DNA from: Armatimonadota bacterium
GTDB lineage: Bacteria > Sysuimicrobiota > Sysuimicrobiia > Sysuimicrobiales > Humicultoraceae
Direction: 5' to 3'
Assembly: GCA_037443365.1 (NCBI GenBank)
Contig: JBBIOM010000038.1
Location: forward strand, 1 to 16,667
Length of the DNA: 16,667 bases
The position numbers and the translations under genes were made by a program. Each line of letters opens with the position of its first letter. The first letter of the stretch is position 1. This document shows, piece after piece, positions 1 to 7,348 of the stretch. The notes under the pieces were generated by a model. That model did not search any database. It was not told the DNA's origin and was given only the letters and a program-made list of their open reading frames with translations.

Positions 1-14
1 GCACCACGGCGTTC

Positions 15-42
15 TTGACACCATGGCGGTTTATGTCATTCT
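15..42 (+). promoter_or_regulatory. Sigma70-type promoter overlapped by a short inverted repeat
   Basis: Perfect TTGACA at 15-20, a 16-bp spacer, then extended -10 TG-t-CATTCT (34-42), in an AT-richer patch. TGACA (16-20) and TGTCA (34-38) form an inverted repeat overlapping both boxes. Confidence 0.55.
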
Positions 43-48
43 TTGGCA

Positions 49-188
49 GAGGTGATCGTGGCGGCGATTACGAGCAATGTCAATCGCGGACGATCAAGCA
101 GACGATGATCGAGCGAAGGCTGGGCACCATGCCGCTCCCTGATCTCGAAGCGATCGCCCGGGAGTTGCGCCGGTGTCTTGGCCTGTGA
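49..188 (+). pseudogene. Relic of a PemK/MazF-family toxin gene (N-terminus lost, internal deletion with frameshift)
   Basis: Frame 1 (49-87) reads EVIVAAITSNVNR; frame 3 (87-188) reads RTIKQTMIERRLGTMPLPDLEAIARELRRCLGL*. These align with the intact toxin at 1841-2209 (CIVAMVTSRV...TTISRRLVRRRIGRMPDDDLRAF), with about 27 codons missing between the two blocks. Frame 1 has a TGA at 16-18, so no upstream toxin N-terminus is present. Confidence 0.75.
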
Positions 189-257
189 TGCTGCCCCAAC
201 GCCGGCACACATCCAGCCTGCCGGCCTGCGCCGTCCCCGCCTGAGTGCCTCTGGGAC

Positions 258-1526
258 GTGGCAGGGTACGCGCGCGAGGAGGATGTGCACCCCCCCAGCG
301 GCCTGGCCCGCAACGCCCTGGTGCTCTACTGGGCCCACCTGGTCAACTACCTGCTGCCGCTGGTTGTCGTCCCGTACCTGACGCGCGTGCTGGGTGCGGC
401 GGAATGGGGCCGCCTGGCCATGGCCCTGGCCATGGGCATCTACATCGGCTCCGCGATCGAGTACGGCTTCCACCTCTCAGGCACGCGCGAGGTGGCGCGC
501 TCCAGGGGCGATCGCACCCATCTGGCCGACCTCGCCGCCGGGGTGCTCGGCGCGCGGGTGATCCTGGCGGTCGCCTTCCTTCCGGTTCCGCTGGCCGGGG
601 GACGGCTGCCAATCCTGGGAGAGCATCCGGCGCTTCTCTGGGGAGCGTACCTCTGGGGGGTCGCGCATGGGTTCTCGTTCGGCTGGTACCTGATGGGGAT
701 GGAGCGCATGCGCCAGGCCGCGCTGCTCGACACAGGGACCAGGGTGCTCGCGACCGTGGGCATCTTCGCCCTGGTCCGAGCGCCCGCGGACGCGCCCCTG
801 GTACTGCTGCTGCAGGCGGCAGGCGGCCTGCTCGCCTTCGGCGGCGGATGGGCGCTCTCCCGCCGCGACCTGCCGGCGCGCCGGCCTGGCTGGAGGGTGT
901 CGCTTGCCGCCCTGCGCATGGGCTGGGCCGTGTTCGTCTTCCGCGCGGCGGCCGGGCTCTACACAGCGGGCGGCGCCTTCATCCTGGGCCTGTTCGCCCC
1001 GGCCCACGTCGTGGGCTACTACGCCGGGGCCGAGAAGATCGGCAGGGCCGTATCCGGGCTGCTGAACCCGGCCGGGCAGGCGCTGTTCCCGCGCGTGAGC
1101 CGCCTGGTCAGGGGGGCGCGCACAGAGGCGCTCCGGGTGGTGCGGCTGGGGCTGGCCGCGATGGGTCTGGGTGGAGCGCTGCTCGGGCTCGTCACCTTCC
1201 TGGCCGCGCCGGTCCTGGTGCGCATCCTTCTTGGCCCCGGCTTCCAGCCAGCGGTCGCGGTCCTGCGCGTGCTGGCGCTGGTGGCGCCGCTTGCGGCGGC
1301 CGGCAACGTCCTGGGCATCCAGTGGATGCTGCCGCTCGGCCTGGACCGGCAGTTCGTGCGTATAGTCGTCTGCGCAGGGCTACTCAACGTGGGGCTTGCG
1401 GTCTGGCTCGCGCCCACGCTCGGGGCAGTGGGGATGGCCTGGGCAGTGGTCGGGGCCGAGGCCGCAGCAGCGGCCGGGATGTGGCTCTTCCTGCGCGTCG
1501 GGCGGCTGGATCCGTTCAAGGGATGA
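258..1526 (+). CDS. wzx: Wzx/RfbX-type oligosaccharide flippase (MOP superfamily)
   Basis: 422-aa polytopic membrane protein with the typical N-terminal NALVLYWAHLVNYLLPLVVVPYLTRVLG, plus EYGFHLSGTREVA and VGYYAGAEKI...ALFPRVS motifs. GTG start at 258; an alternative in-frame GTG lies at 285. Confidence 0.88.
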   Translation: MAGYAREEDVHPPSGLARNALVLYWAHLVNYLLPLVVVPYLTRVLGAAEWGRLAMALAMGIYIGSAIEYGFHLSGTREVARSRGDRTHLADLAAGVLGARVILAVAFLPVPLAGGRLPILGEHPALLWGAYLWGVAHGFSFGWYLMGMERMRQAALLDTGTRVLATVGIFALVRAPADAPLVLLLQAAGGLLAFGGGWALSRRDLPARRPGWRVSLAALRMGWAVFVFRAAAGLYTAGGAFILGLFAPAHVVGYYAGAEKIGRAVSGLLNPAGQALFPRVSRLVRGARTEALRVVRLGLAAMGLGGALLGLVTFLAAPVLVRILLGPGFQPAVAVLRVLALVAPLAAAGNVLGIQWMLPLGLDRQFVRIVVCAGLLNVGLAVWLAPTLGAVGMAWAVVGAEAAAAAGMWLFLRVGRLDPFKG

Positions 1527-1556
1527 GTGCGCGCCAGCGCACGAGCCCGGCAGGTC

Positions 1557-1586
1557 GCCGCATTGCCGTATATCTGGTATTATGGT
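1557..1586 (+). promoter_or_regulatory. Promoter/operator of the toxin-antitoxin operon
   Basis: Extended -10 TG-g-TATTAT (1575-1583) inside a degenerate palindrome GCCG-N4-GCCG-tatatc-TGGT-N4-TGGT centred at 1571/1572. Shine-Dalgarno GGAGGT at 1605-1610, 10 nt before ATG 1621. Confidence 0.55.
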
Positions 1587-1620
1587 GGGGCGATTGCTGG
1601 CTGTGGAGGTCGAGAAAGCC

Positions 1621-1863
1621 ATGCGCAAGCTGACGATTGATCTGGGGGATGAGCGGCTCTACCGCGCCCTGAAGATCCAGAGCGCGCGGCAAAGCCGGCC
1701 GATGCGCGCGATCGTGGTCGAGGCGATCCGCATGTGGATGGCCGACCAGGGGATTCGTCTTACGGAAGATCAGCTTGAGACCCAGGCTGCCGCGGCACTT
1801 GCGCAGGCCGTTTTCGCGGACGACTGGGGGGATCCGCGCGATGCCGACTACGACCGCCTTTGA
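1621..1863 (+). CDS. Ribbon-helix-helix type II antitoxin (80 aa)
   Basis: MRKLTIDLGDERLYRALKIQSARQSRPMRAIVVEAIRMWM fits the RHH beta-alpha-alpha pattern. The acidic C-terminus DDWGDPRDADYDRL overlaps the toxin start, and there is a good RBS. This is the real part of track ORF 1396..1863. Confidence 0.85.
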   Translation: MRKLTIDLGDERLYRALKIQSARQSRPMRAIVVEAIRMWMADQGIRLTEDQLETQAAAALAQAVFADDWGDPRDADYDRL

Positions 1864-2209
1864 GCGGGGTGACGTGGTTCTCGTGCCGTTCCCGTTCACC
1901 GACGAGCGCACCGAGCGGATGCGCCCCGCACTTGTGGTGACGTCCGGTGAATACCACGCCGGGTGCGACGACTGCATCGTGGCCATGGTGACCAGCCGGG
2001 TCGAAGCGGCCCGAAGGCCGGGCGATCATCTTGTGCGGGGGTGGAAGAATGCCGGGCTGCTCCACCCCTCGGTGGTCCGCGCAAAGCTTACGACGATCTC
2101 GCGCCGGCTGGTACGCCGTCGGATCGGGCGCATGCCGGACGACGACCTGCGCGCGTTCATCCAGGGGCTGGTTGCCGTCATCAGCGGTGAACCGCGCGAT
2201 GAGGCCTGA
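1841..2209 (+). CDS. mazF: Type II toxin, PemK/MazF-family endoribonuclease (122 aa)
   Basis: RGDVVLVPFPFTD...RPALVV...IVAMVTS...AGLLHPSVVR...IGRM are PemK/MazF motifs. ATG 1841 overlaps the antitoxin by 23 nt. Confidence 0.92.
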   Translation: MPTTTAFERGDVVLVPFPFTDERTERMRPALVVTSGEYHAGCDDCIVAMVTSRVEAARRPGDHLVRGWKNAGLLHPSVVRAKLTTISRRLVRRRIGRMPDDDLRAFIQGLVAVISGEPRDEA

Positions 2210-3305
2210 TCACACAACACCCGGCTCTCCCTACCTCTCGGTCGTGGTACCCACGCGCAACGAGCGGGAGAACATCGCGCGCCTGCTCGTGGCGCTGCGG
2301 GAGGCGCTGGCGGGGTGCGACTACGAGCTGGTATTCGTGGATGACAGCACCGACGGGACCGACGCGGTCCTGTCCGAGGCCGCGCTCACCGACCCGCGCG
2401 TCAGGGTGCACCATCGTGCGAACGCGGACGGACTGGCCGGCGCGGTGGTGGCCGGGTTCTGCGCCAGCCGCGGGCAGGTGCTCGGGGTGCTGGACGCCGA
2501 CCTGCAGCACCCGCCCGCGGTGCTCGCGGCCCTCGTGCGCCGCCTGGAGGAGGCGCGCGCCGACGTGGCCGTGGCCTCGCGCTATCTGCCCGGCGCCGGG
2601 CGTCCCGGGCTGAGTCCGGCCCGGCGGGTCATCTCGCAGGCCACGCGGCTGCTCGCATGGGCGATGCTGGGGGCCGCGCGGCGCAGCACCGATCCGCTCT
2701 CGGGCTGCTTCGTGCTGCGCCGGAGCGTGGTGGAGGGGGTGGCGCTGCGCCCGGTGGGGTTCAAGATCCTGCTGGAGGTGCTGGCGCGCGGCCGGTACCG
2801 CAGCGTGGCCGAGGTGCCGTACGTCTTCGAGGCGCGCGGCGCCGGGCAGACCAAGGCCACGGCCCGCCAGGGGCTCGACCTGCTGCGCCACATCGCGATG
2901 CTGGTCACGGACAGCCCCTCGGACTCGCGCCTGTGGAAGTTCCTGCTCGTGGGCGCAAGCGGTGTCGGCGTGAACATGGGCACCTTCTGGCTGCTCGTGG
3001 GGCCGCTGCGCGCCTACTACCTGCACGCCGGCATCGTGGCAGGCCTGGTCTCGACGTTCACCAACTTCCTGCTGAACAACGCCTACACCTGGGCCGACCG
3101 CAGGGACGGCGCCCTGACTACGTTCCTGCAGCGGATGGGCAAGTACTATATGGCCACGTGGCTCGGCTACCTGGTCTACCTTGGGTTCCTCTGGGGGCTG
3201 ACGCGCCTGGGTCTGCTGCCCATGGTGTCGAACTTCCTGGCCATCGGCCTGGGCGGGCTGCTGAACTTCGTCGTGCACAACTTCTGGACTTGGCGGCAGC
3301 GGTGA
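2199..3305 (+). CDS. GT2 polyprenol/dolichol-phosphate-mannose synthase-like glycosyltransferase fused to a C-terminal GtrA-like domain
   Basis: LSVVVPTRNERENI, FVDDSTDGT, DADLQHPP (DxD), VAVASRY, DPLSGCF, GFKILLEVL and EVPYVF match the DPM1/Ppm1-like group. The C-terminal KFLLVGASGVGVN...NFLLNNAYTW...NFVVHNFWTW is a GtrA-like 4-TM domain. ATG 2199 overlaps the toxin end by 11 nt. Sugar specificity is not provable from sequence. Confidence 0.88.
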   Translation: MRPDHTTPGSPYLSVVVPTRNERENIARLLVALREALAGCDYELVFVDDSTDGTDAVLSEAALTDPRVRVHHRANADGLAGAVVAGFCASRGQVLGVLDADLQHPPAVLAALVRRLEEARADVAVASRYLPGAGRPGLSPARRVISQATRLLAWAMLGAARRSTDPLSGCFVLRRSVVEGVALRPVGFKILLEVLARGRYRSVAEVPYVFEARGAGQTKATARQGLDLLRHIAMLVTDSPSDSRLWKFLLVGASGVGVNMGTFWLLVGPLRAYYLHAGIVAGLVSTFTNFLLNNAYTWADRRDGALTTFLQRMGKYYMATWLGYLVYLGFLWGLTRLGLLPMVSNFLAIGLGGLLNFVVHNFWTWRQR

Positions 3306-4261
3306 CGCCTGTGCTTGCTGACCAGATCGCACGTCTGCGCGAGAGCATCGGCCGGGTCATCCTCGGCAAGGGCGAGGTCATTGACCTGGTGCTGGTAGCC
3401 CTGCTCGCGCGCGGGCACGTCCTGCTGCGCGACGTGCCGGGCGTGGGCAAGACCATGCTGGCGCGGGCCCTGGCGCGCTCGATAGGCGGGGAGTTCACGC
3501 GCATCCAGTGCACGCCGGACCTGCTGCCCTCGGACGTGCTCGGCACCTCGATCATTGACCCGAGCACCTTCGAGACGCGGTTTGTGCCCGGGCCTATCTT
3601 CGCCAACGTGGTGCTGGTGGACGAGCTGAACCGCGCCACGCCGCGCACGCAGTCGTCGTTCCTGGAGCCCATGGACGAGGGGCAGGTAACGAGTGACGGG
3701 CAGGCGCGGCGCCTGCCGCATCCCTTCTTCCTGATCGCCACCCTGAACCCGACCGAACACCACGGTACGTATCCGCTGCCCGAGGGCCAGCTCGACCGCT
3801 TCGCCATGGCCACGTCGCTCGGGTACCCGCCGCTTGAGGCCGAGCGCGCCATGCTGGCCGGGTGGACAGGGCGGCACCCGATCGAGTCGGTCAGGCCTGT
3901 GCTGGCGCCCGCCGAGGTGGTGGGCATGCAGGATGCGGCGAGCGCGATCACTGTCAGCCCGGCGGTGCGGGACTACGTGCTGGCGGTGGTAGGCGCAACG
4001 CGCGGGCACCCTTCGGTCGTGCTCGGGTGCAGCCCGCGCGGCGGATTGATCCTGGTGCGCGCCGCGCAGGCCCGCGCGGCGCTGGCCGGCCGCTCCTTCG
4101 TCACACCCGACGATGTGAAGGCGCTGGCAGTACCCGTGATGGCGCACAGGATGCTGCTGCGCTCACAGGCCGGGATTGCGTCGTCGGCCGAGGCCGCGAT
4201 CGGCGAGATCCTGGCGGCCACCCCGGTGCCGGTCTTCGAGGCGCCGCGTGCCGACGCGTGA
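3302..4261 (+). CDS. moxR: MoxR-family AAA+ ATPase
   Basis: GHVLLRDVPGVGKT (Walker A), RIQCTPDLLPSD, VLVDELNRATPRTQS (Walker B), ATLNP, GTYPLPEGQLDRF, SPRG, VTPDDVK, VMAHR. GTG start overlaps the upstream TGA (GTGA). Confidence 0.95.
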   Translation: MTPVLADQIARLRESIGRVILGKGEVIDLVLVALLARGHVLLRDVPGVGKTMLARALARSIGGEFTRIQCTPDLLPSDVLGTSIIDPSTFETRFVPGPIFANVVLVDELNRATPRTQSSFLEPMDEGQVTSDGQARRLPHPFFLIATLNPTEHHGTYPLPEGQLDRFAMATSLGYPPLEAERAMLAGWTGRHPIESVRPVLAPAEVVGMQDAASAITVSPAVRDYVLAVVGATRGHPSVVLGCSPRGGLILVRAAQARAALAGRSFVTPDDVKALAVPVMAHRMLLRSQAGIASSAEAAIGEILAATPVPVFEAPRADA

Positions 4262-5225
4262 AGGCACGACCACGGCACTGCTCGCGGGCGCGGTGTTCCT
4301 GCTCGCCACCAACCTGGCCTCCGGGCTGCTCTTCGTGCTGGACGCCCTTCTGGTGGCGCTGCTCCTGGTCGGCTTCGGCACGGCCTACCTGCCGGTGCGC
4401 GGGCTGCGCGCGCGGCAGCGCGTTCCAGCCCAGGGGGTAGAGGGCGCCGGGCTCTCGATCGAGATCACGCTCGAGTCGCGGCACGCAGGCCGCCTGCTCG
4501 TGGTCGAGGGCGGATGGCAGGGCGCCCGGGCGCGCGCCCTTGCGCCGCACGTCATCCCGGGCGTGGCAAGCCAGGTGTCCCTGGCGCTTGTCCCGCCCAG
4601 GCGCGGGAGGTTCGCGCTCGACGGCCTGGACGTGACCTCCAAAGGGCCGCTGGGCCTGTTCACCGCGCGCCGCCGGATCGCGGCTGGCGGCCGGATCACG
4701 ATATGGCCGCGCACCCATCCGGTGCCCCCCGGTGTGCTGGCGCACCTGGTGCCGGTGGCCGAGGGCGGGTCCTCGGGTGTGCGCACGCGCGCGGCCGAGG
4801 ACCTCTACGGCGTGCGCGAGTTCCGGAGCGGCGACAGCCCTTCGCACATCCACTGGAGGAGTTCGGCTCGGCGCGGGGCCCTGGTCGTGCGCGAGTTCGA
4901 GCGTCCGCACTCGCCCGGGGTGGCGATAGTCGTGGACCTCGACAGCCGGCAGGGCGCCGCGCAGATGGACGCGACCGCGCGTACCGCGGCCTCGCTCCTT
5001 CTGGCGGCGCTCGACCGCGGGGCCGACGTGGTGCTGACCGGGTGGGAGGAGGGACCGGTCGAGCACCGTGGCCGTGAGGCCGGCATGGACTGGCTGGCCG
5101 CCGTGGCACCCTGCGCGCCTCCACTGGCGGAGGTGCTGCCGCGGCTGCGGGTGGCCGGGCGGCACATGATGGTCGTGGCCGCGGGCCTCTGCCACCTGCC
5201 CGACGGGACGGTGCTGGCGTGCTAG
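4248..5225 (+). CDS. DUF58 domain membrane-anchored protein (MoxR-associated)
   Basis: Two N-terminal TM helices, RRGRF...GPLGLF, and the DUF58 core EDLYGVREFRSGDSPSHIHWRSSARRGALVVREFE. Sits between moxR and a transglutaminase gene. GTG 4248 is the inferred start. Confidence 0.9.
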   Translation: MPTREGTTTALLAGAVFLLATNLASGLLFVLDALLVALLLVGFGTAYLPVRGLRARQRVPAQGVEGAGLSIEITLESRHAGRLLVVEGGWQGARARALAPHVIPGVASQVSLALVPPRRGRFALDGLDVTSKGPLGLFTARRRIAAGGRITIWPRTHPVPPGVLAHLVPVAEGGSSGVRTRAAEDLYGVREFRSGDSPSHIHWRSSARRGALVVREFERPHSPGVAIVVDLDSRQGAAQMDATARTAASLLLAALDRGADVVLTGWEEGPVEHRGREAGMDWLAAVAPCAPPLAEVLPRLRVAGRHMMVVAAGLCHLPDGTVLAC

Positions 5226-7348
5226 GCTGGCGCCGCCTGGTGGAGACCGGCGCGCCCGAGCACTCGGTGCCGCTGCGCCTGTGGATCCTGGGCGCGGTGG
5301 TGACGAGCGTCCTGGCGGTGACCGCGCACGACGACTTCCTGGAGCACCGCCTGGCGGTCCCGGTCCTGGTGGCGGCGGGGTTCGCGTTCTCGTACTGGCG
5401 CCGCGGGAAGCGCAACTGGTGGGTCAAGCTGATCCTGGCCGCGCTATGCCTGCGCGTGGGCTGGCAGTTCCTGCGCGACGTCTACGCCGACCCCTTCCAC
5501 ACGAGCGTGCCGCTCACCGTGCTGCTGCTGTGGCTGCAGACGCTGCACTCGTTCGACGTGCCGGCACGGCGCGACCTGCTCTTCAGTTTGCTCTCGTCGG
5601 TGGTCCTGATGGCGGTGGCCGCGGCCTTCGGGCGCGACCTGACGTACCTGCTCTACCTCGCGCCCTATGCCCTGACAGCGGTGGCGGCGCTGGTGCACAA
5701 CGCCCAGGCGGCCGCACAGGAGGCCGCTGCTCCGCCGCGCCTCGGCCTGGCGCCGGCGGTCAACCACCTGTTGATGGTGGTGCTGCTGGTGGCCGCCGTG
5801 GTCTTCGTGCTGACCCCGCGCTACGAGGGGATGCGCCTGGTCGCCCTGCCGTTCTCGCCGCAGCGCCTGCTGCTCGATCTCTTCGCCGGGCGGGTGTTCA
5901 ACCCGGCCTACCCGGACGGCGGCGGGGAGGGCGAGGGGGAACAGGTCTGGAATCCGCGCGGCTACTTCGGGTTTGGCACCACGGTTGACCTGCGCATGCG
6001 CGGCCGGCTCGACGACGCCGTGGTCATGCGCGTGCGCTCCACGCACCGGTTCAACTGGCGCGCGCTGGTGTTCGACGCGTACACCGGGTCAGGGTGGAAG
6101 ATGAGCGACGCGCACGTGCAGGAGGTGAACGCCACCTTCCCGCCGATCCACCTGGTGCACTGGAAGGACGAGATCCTCCGCTACGCGGAGCGGCCCATCC
6201 GGGTCGTGCAGTCGTTCTACATCGAGGCCGAGCAGCCCAACGTGGTGTTCGCCGCGCCGGTGGCAGCGAGTCTCTATCTCTCCACCGGGCGCATCTACCT
6301 CGATCGGTACGGCGCCGTCAGGCTGTCGAGCACGCACAAGCCCGGCACGGTGTACTCGGTGGTCTCACGCGCGCTCGTCCCTGACGCGGCGCGCCTGCGC
6401 GCCGCCTCGGGCGAGGTGCCATCCGAACTGCGCGAGCGTTACCTGGCGCTGCCGCCCATACCGGAGCGCGTGCGCGACCTGGCCCTGCGCCTCACCGCGG
6501 GCCAGCCCACGTCCTACGATCGCGTCATGGCGGTCAACCGGCACCTGTGGCAGCACTATGCCTACGATCTGCGCATCCCGCCGCAGCGCACGCCGGGCGA
6601 CGCCGTGGACTACTTCCTGTTCGAGGAGCGGCGCGGCTACTGCGAGCAGTTCGCGAGCGCCATGGTCGTGCTGCTGCGCGCCGCAGAGGTCCCTGCCCGC
6701 CTGGTGACCGGGTACGCGCCAGGGACGCTCAACCCCCTGACCGGTCTCTACGAGGTGCAGAACAGCGATGCGCACGCCTGGGTGGAGGCGTACTTCCCTG
6801 GGATCGGCTGGGTGGAGTTCGAGCCCACCCCGGGGTTCCCGGACACGGCGAACCTGGGCGCGCCGGCGCTGCGGCGCTGGGTCTGGCAGGACCTCGCCGG
6901 CCTGGTGCGCGCGCGGCTTCAGGTCCTGGCCGCGCATTCCCCGGTTGCTGCGCGGGTGCTGGACGCGGCCTCGGCCCTTGCGCAGGGCGCTGCCTGGATC
7001 GGGCTCGCGCTCGCGGGCCTGGCGGCCGCGGCAGGTGCCTGGCGGCTTGCCGGCTCCAGGCCGCCTGCCAGGGCGCCCGGCGGCGACCTGGGCGCGATCT
7101 ACCTGCGGATGTGCGCGATGCTCGCCCGCAGGGGATGGCGCCGCGCGCCTTCTGAGACCGTGGACGAGTTCCGGCAGAGGGTCGAGGCGTCGGGCCCGGC
7201 ACCCGAGGTCGCCGCGCTGTCGGCGCTGGTTGAGGCGGCCGCCTACGGGCGCGAGGATCCGGGCCCGGACGCGCTGGAGGAAGCCCGGCGGCACCTGGAG
7301 GCGCTGGGCACGCGCCTGAGGAGAAGGCGTGCGGGACGCTTCGGATAG
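5219..7348 (+). CDS. TgpA-like transglutaminase-domain membrane protein (DUF3488-like TM region + transglutaminase core + DUF4129-like tail)
   Basis: N-terminal multi-TM region; catalytic motifs GYCEQFASAMVVLLR...PARLVTGY, DAHAWVEAYFPGIGWVEFEPTP; a C-terminal TM followed by IYLRM...RRAPSETVDEF...EAAAYG. Confidence 0.92.
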   Translation: MLGWRRLVETGAPEHSVPLRLWILGAVVTSVLAVTAHDDFLEHRLAVPVLVAAGFAFSYWRRGKRNWWVKLILAALCLRVGWQFLRDVYADPFHTSVPLTVLLLWLQTLHSFDVPARRDLLFSLLSSVVLMAVAAAFGRDLTYLLYLAPYALTAVAALVHNAQAAAQEAAAPPRLGLAPAVNHLLMVVLLVAAVVFVLTPRYEGMRLVALPFSPQRLLLDLFAGRVFNPAYPDGGGEGEGEQVWNPRGYFGFGTTVDLRMRGRLDDAVVMRVRSTHRFNWRALVFDAYTGSGWKMSDAHVQEVNATFPPIHLVHWKDEILRYAERPIRVVQSFYIEAEQPNVVFAAPVAASLYLSTGRIYLDRYGAVRLSSTHKPGTVYSVVSRALVPDAARLRAASGEVPSELRERYLALPPIPERVRDLALRLTAGQPTSYDRVMAVNRHLWQHYAYDLRIPPQRTPGDAVDYFLFEERRGYCEQFASAMVVLLRAAEVPARLVTGYAPGTLNPLTGLYEVQNSDAHAWVEAYFPGIGWVEFEPTPGFPDTANLGAPALRRWVWQDLAGLVRARLQVLAAHSPVAARVLDAASALAQGAAWIGLALAGLAAAAGAWRLAGSRPPARAPGGDLGAIYLRMCAMLARRGWRRAPSETVDEFRQRVEASGPAPEVAALSALVEAAAYGREDPGPDALEEARRHLEALGTRLRRRRAGRFG

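Noticed and set aside
245-1633. 462-aa alternative-frame ORF over the flippase
   Set aside because: Arg/Gly/Pro-rich shadow frame typical of high-GC DNA, with no motifs; the flippase frame explains the region.
1-2209. Integron cassette array or IS element carrying the TA modules
   Set aside because: No attC-like structure, transposase, terminal inverted repeats or target duplications were recognised.
2657-3301. N-terminal extensions of track ORFs (MoxR from 2657; also 1396, 1775, 2031, 4176, 10813, 12872)
   Set aside because: They overlap real upstream genes in another frame; family similarity begins at the later, coupled start codons.
3302-5225. MoxR/vWA anti-phage or RavA-ViaA-type system
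   Set aside because: The partner is a membrane-anchored DUF58 protein without an intact DxSxS MIDAS (VVDLDSR), followed by a transglutaminase; this is the common triad.
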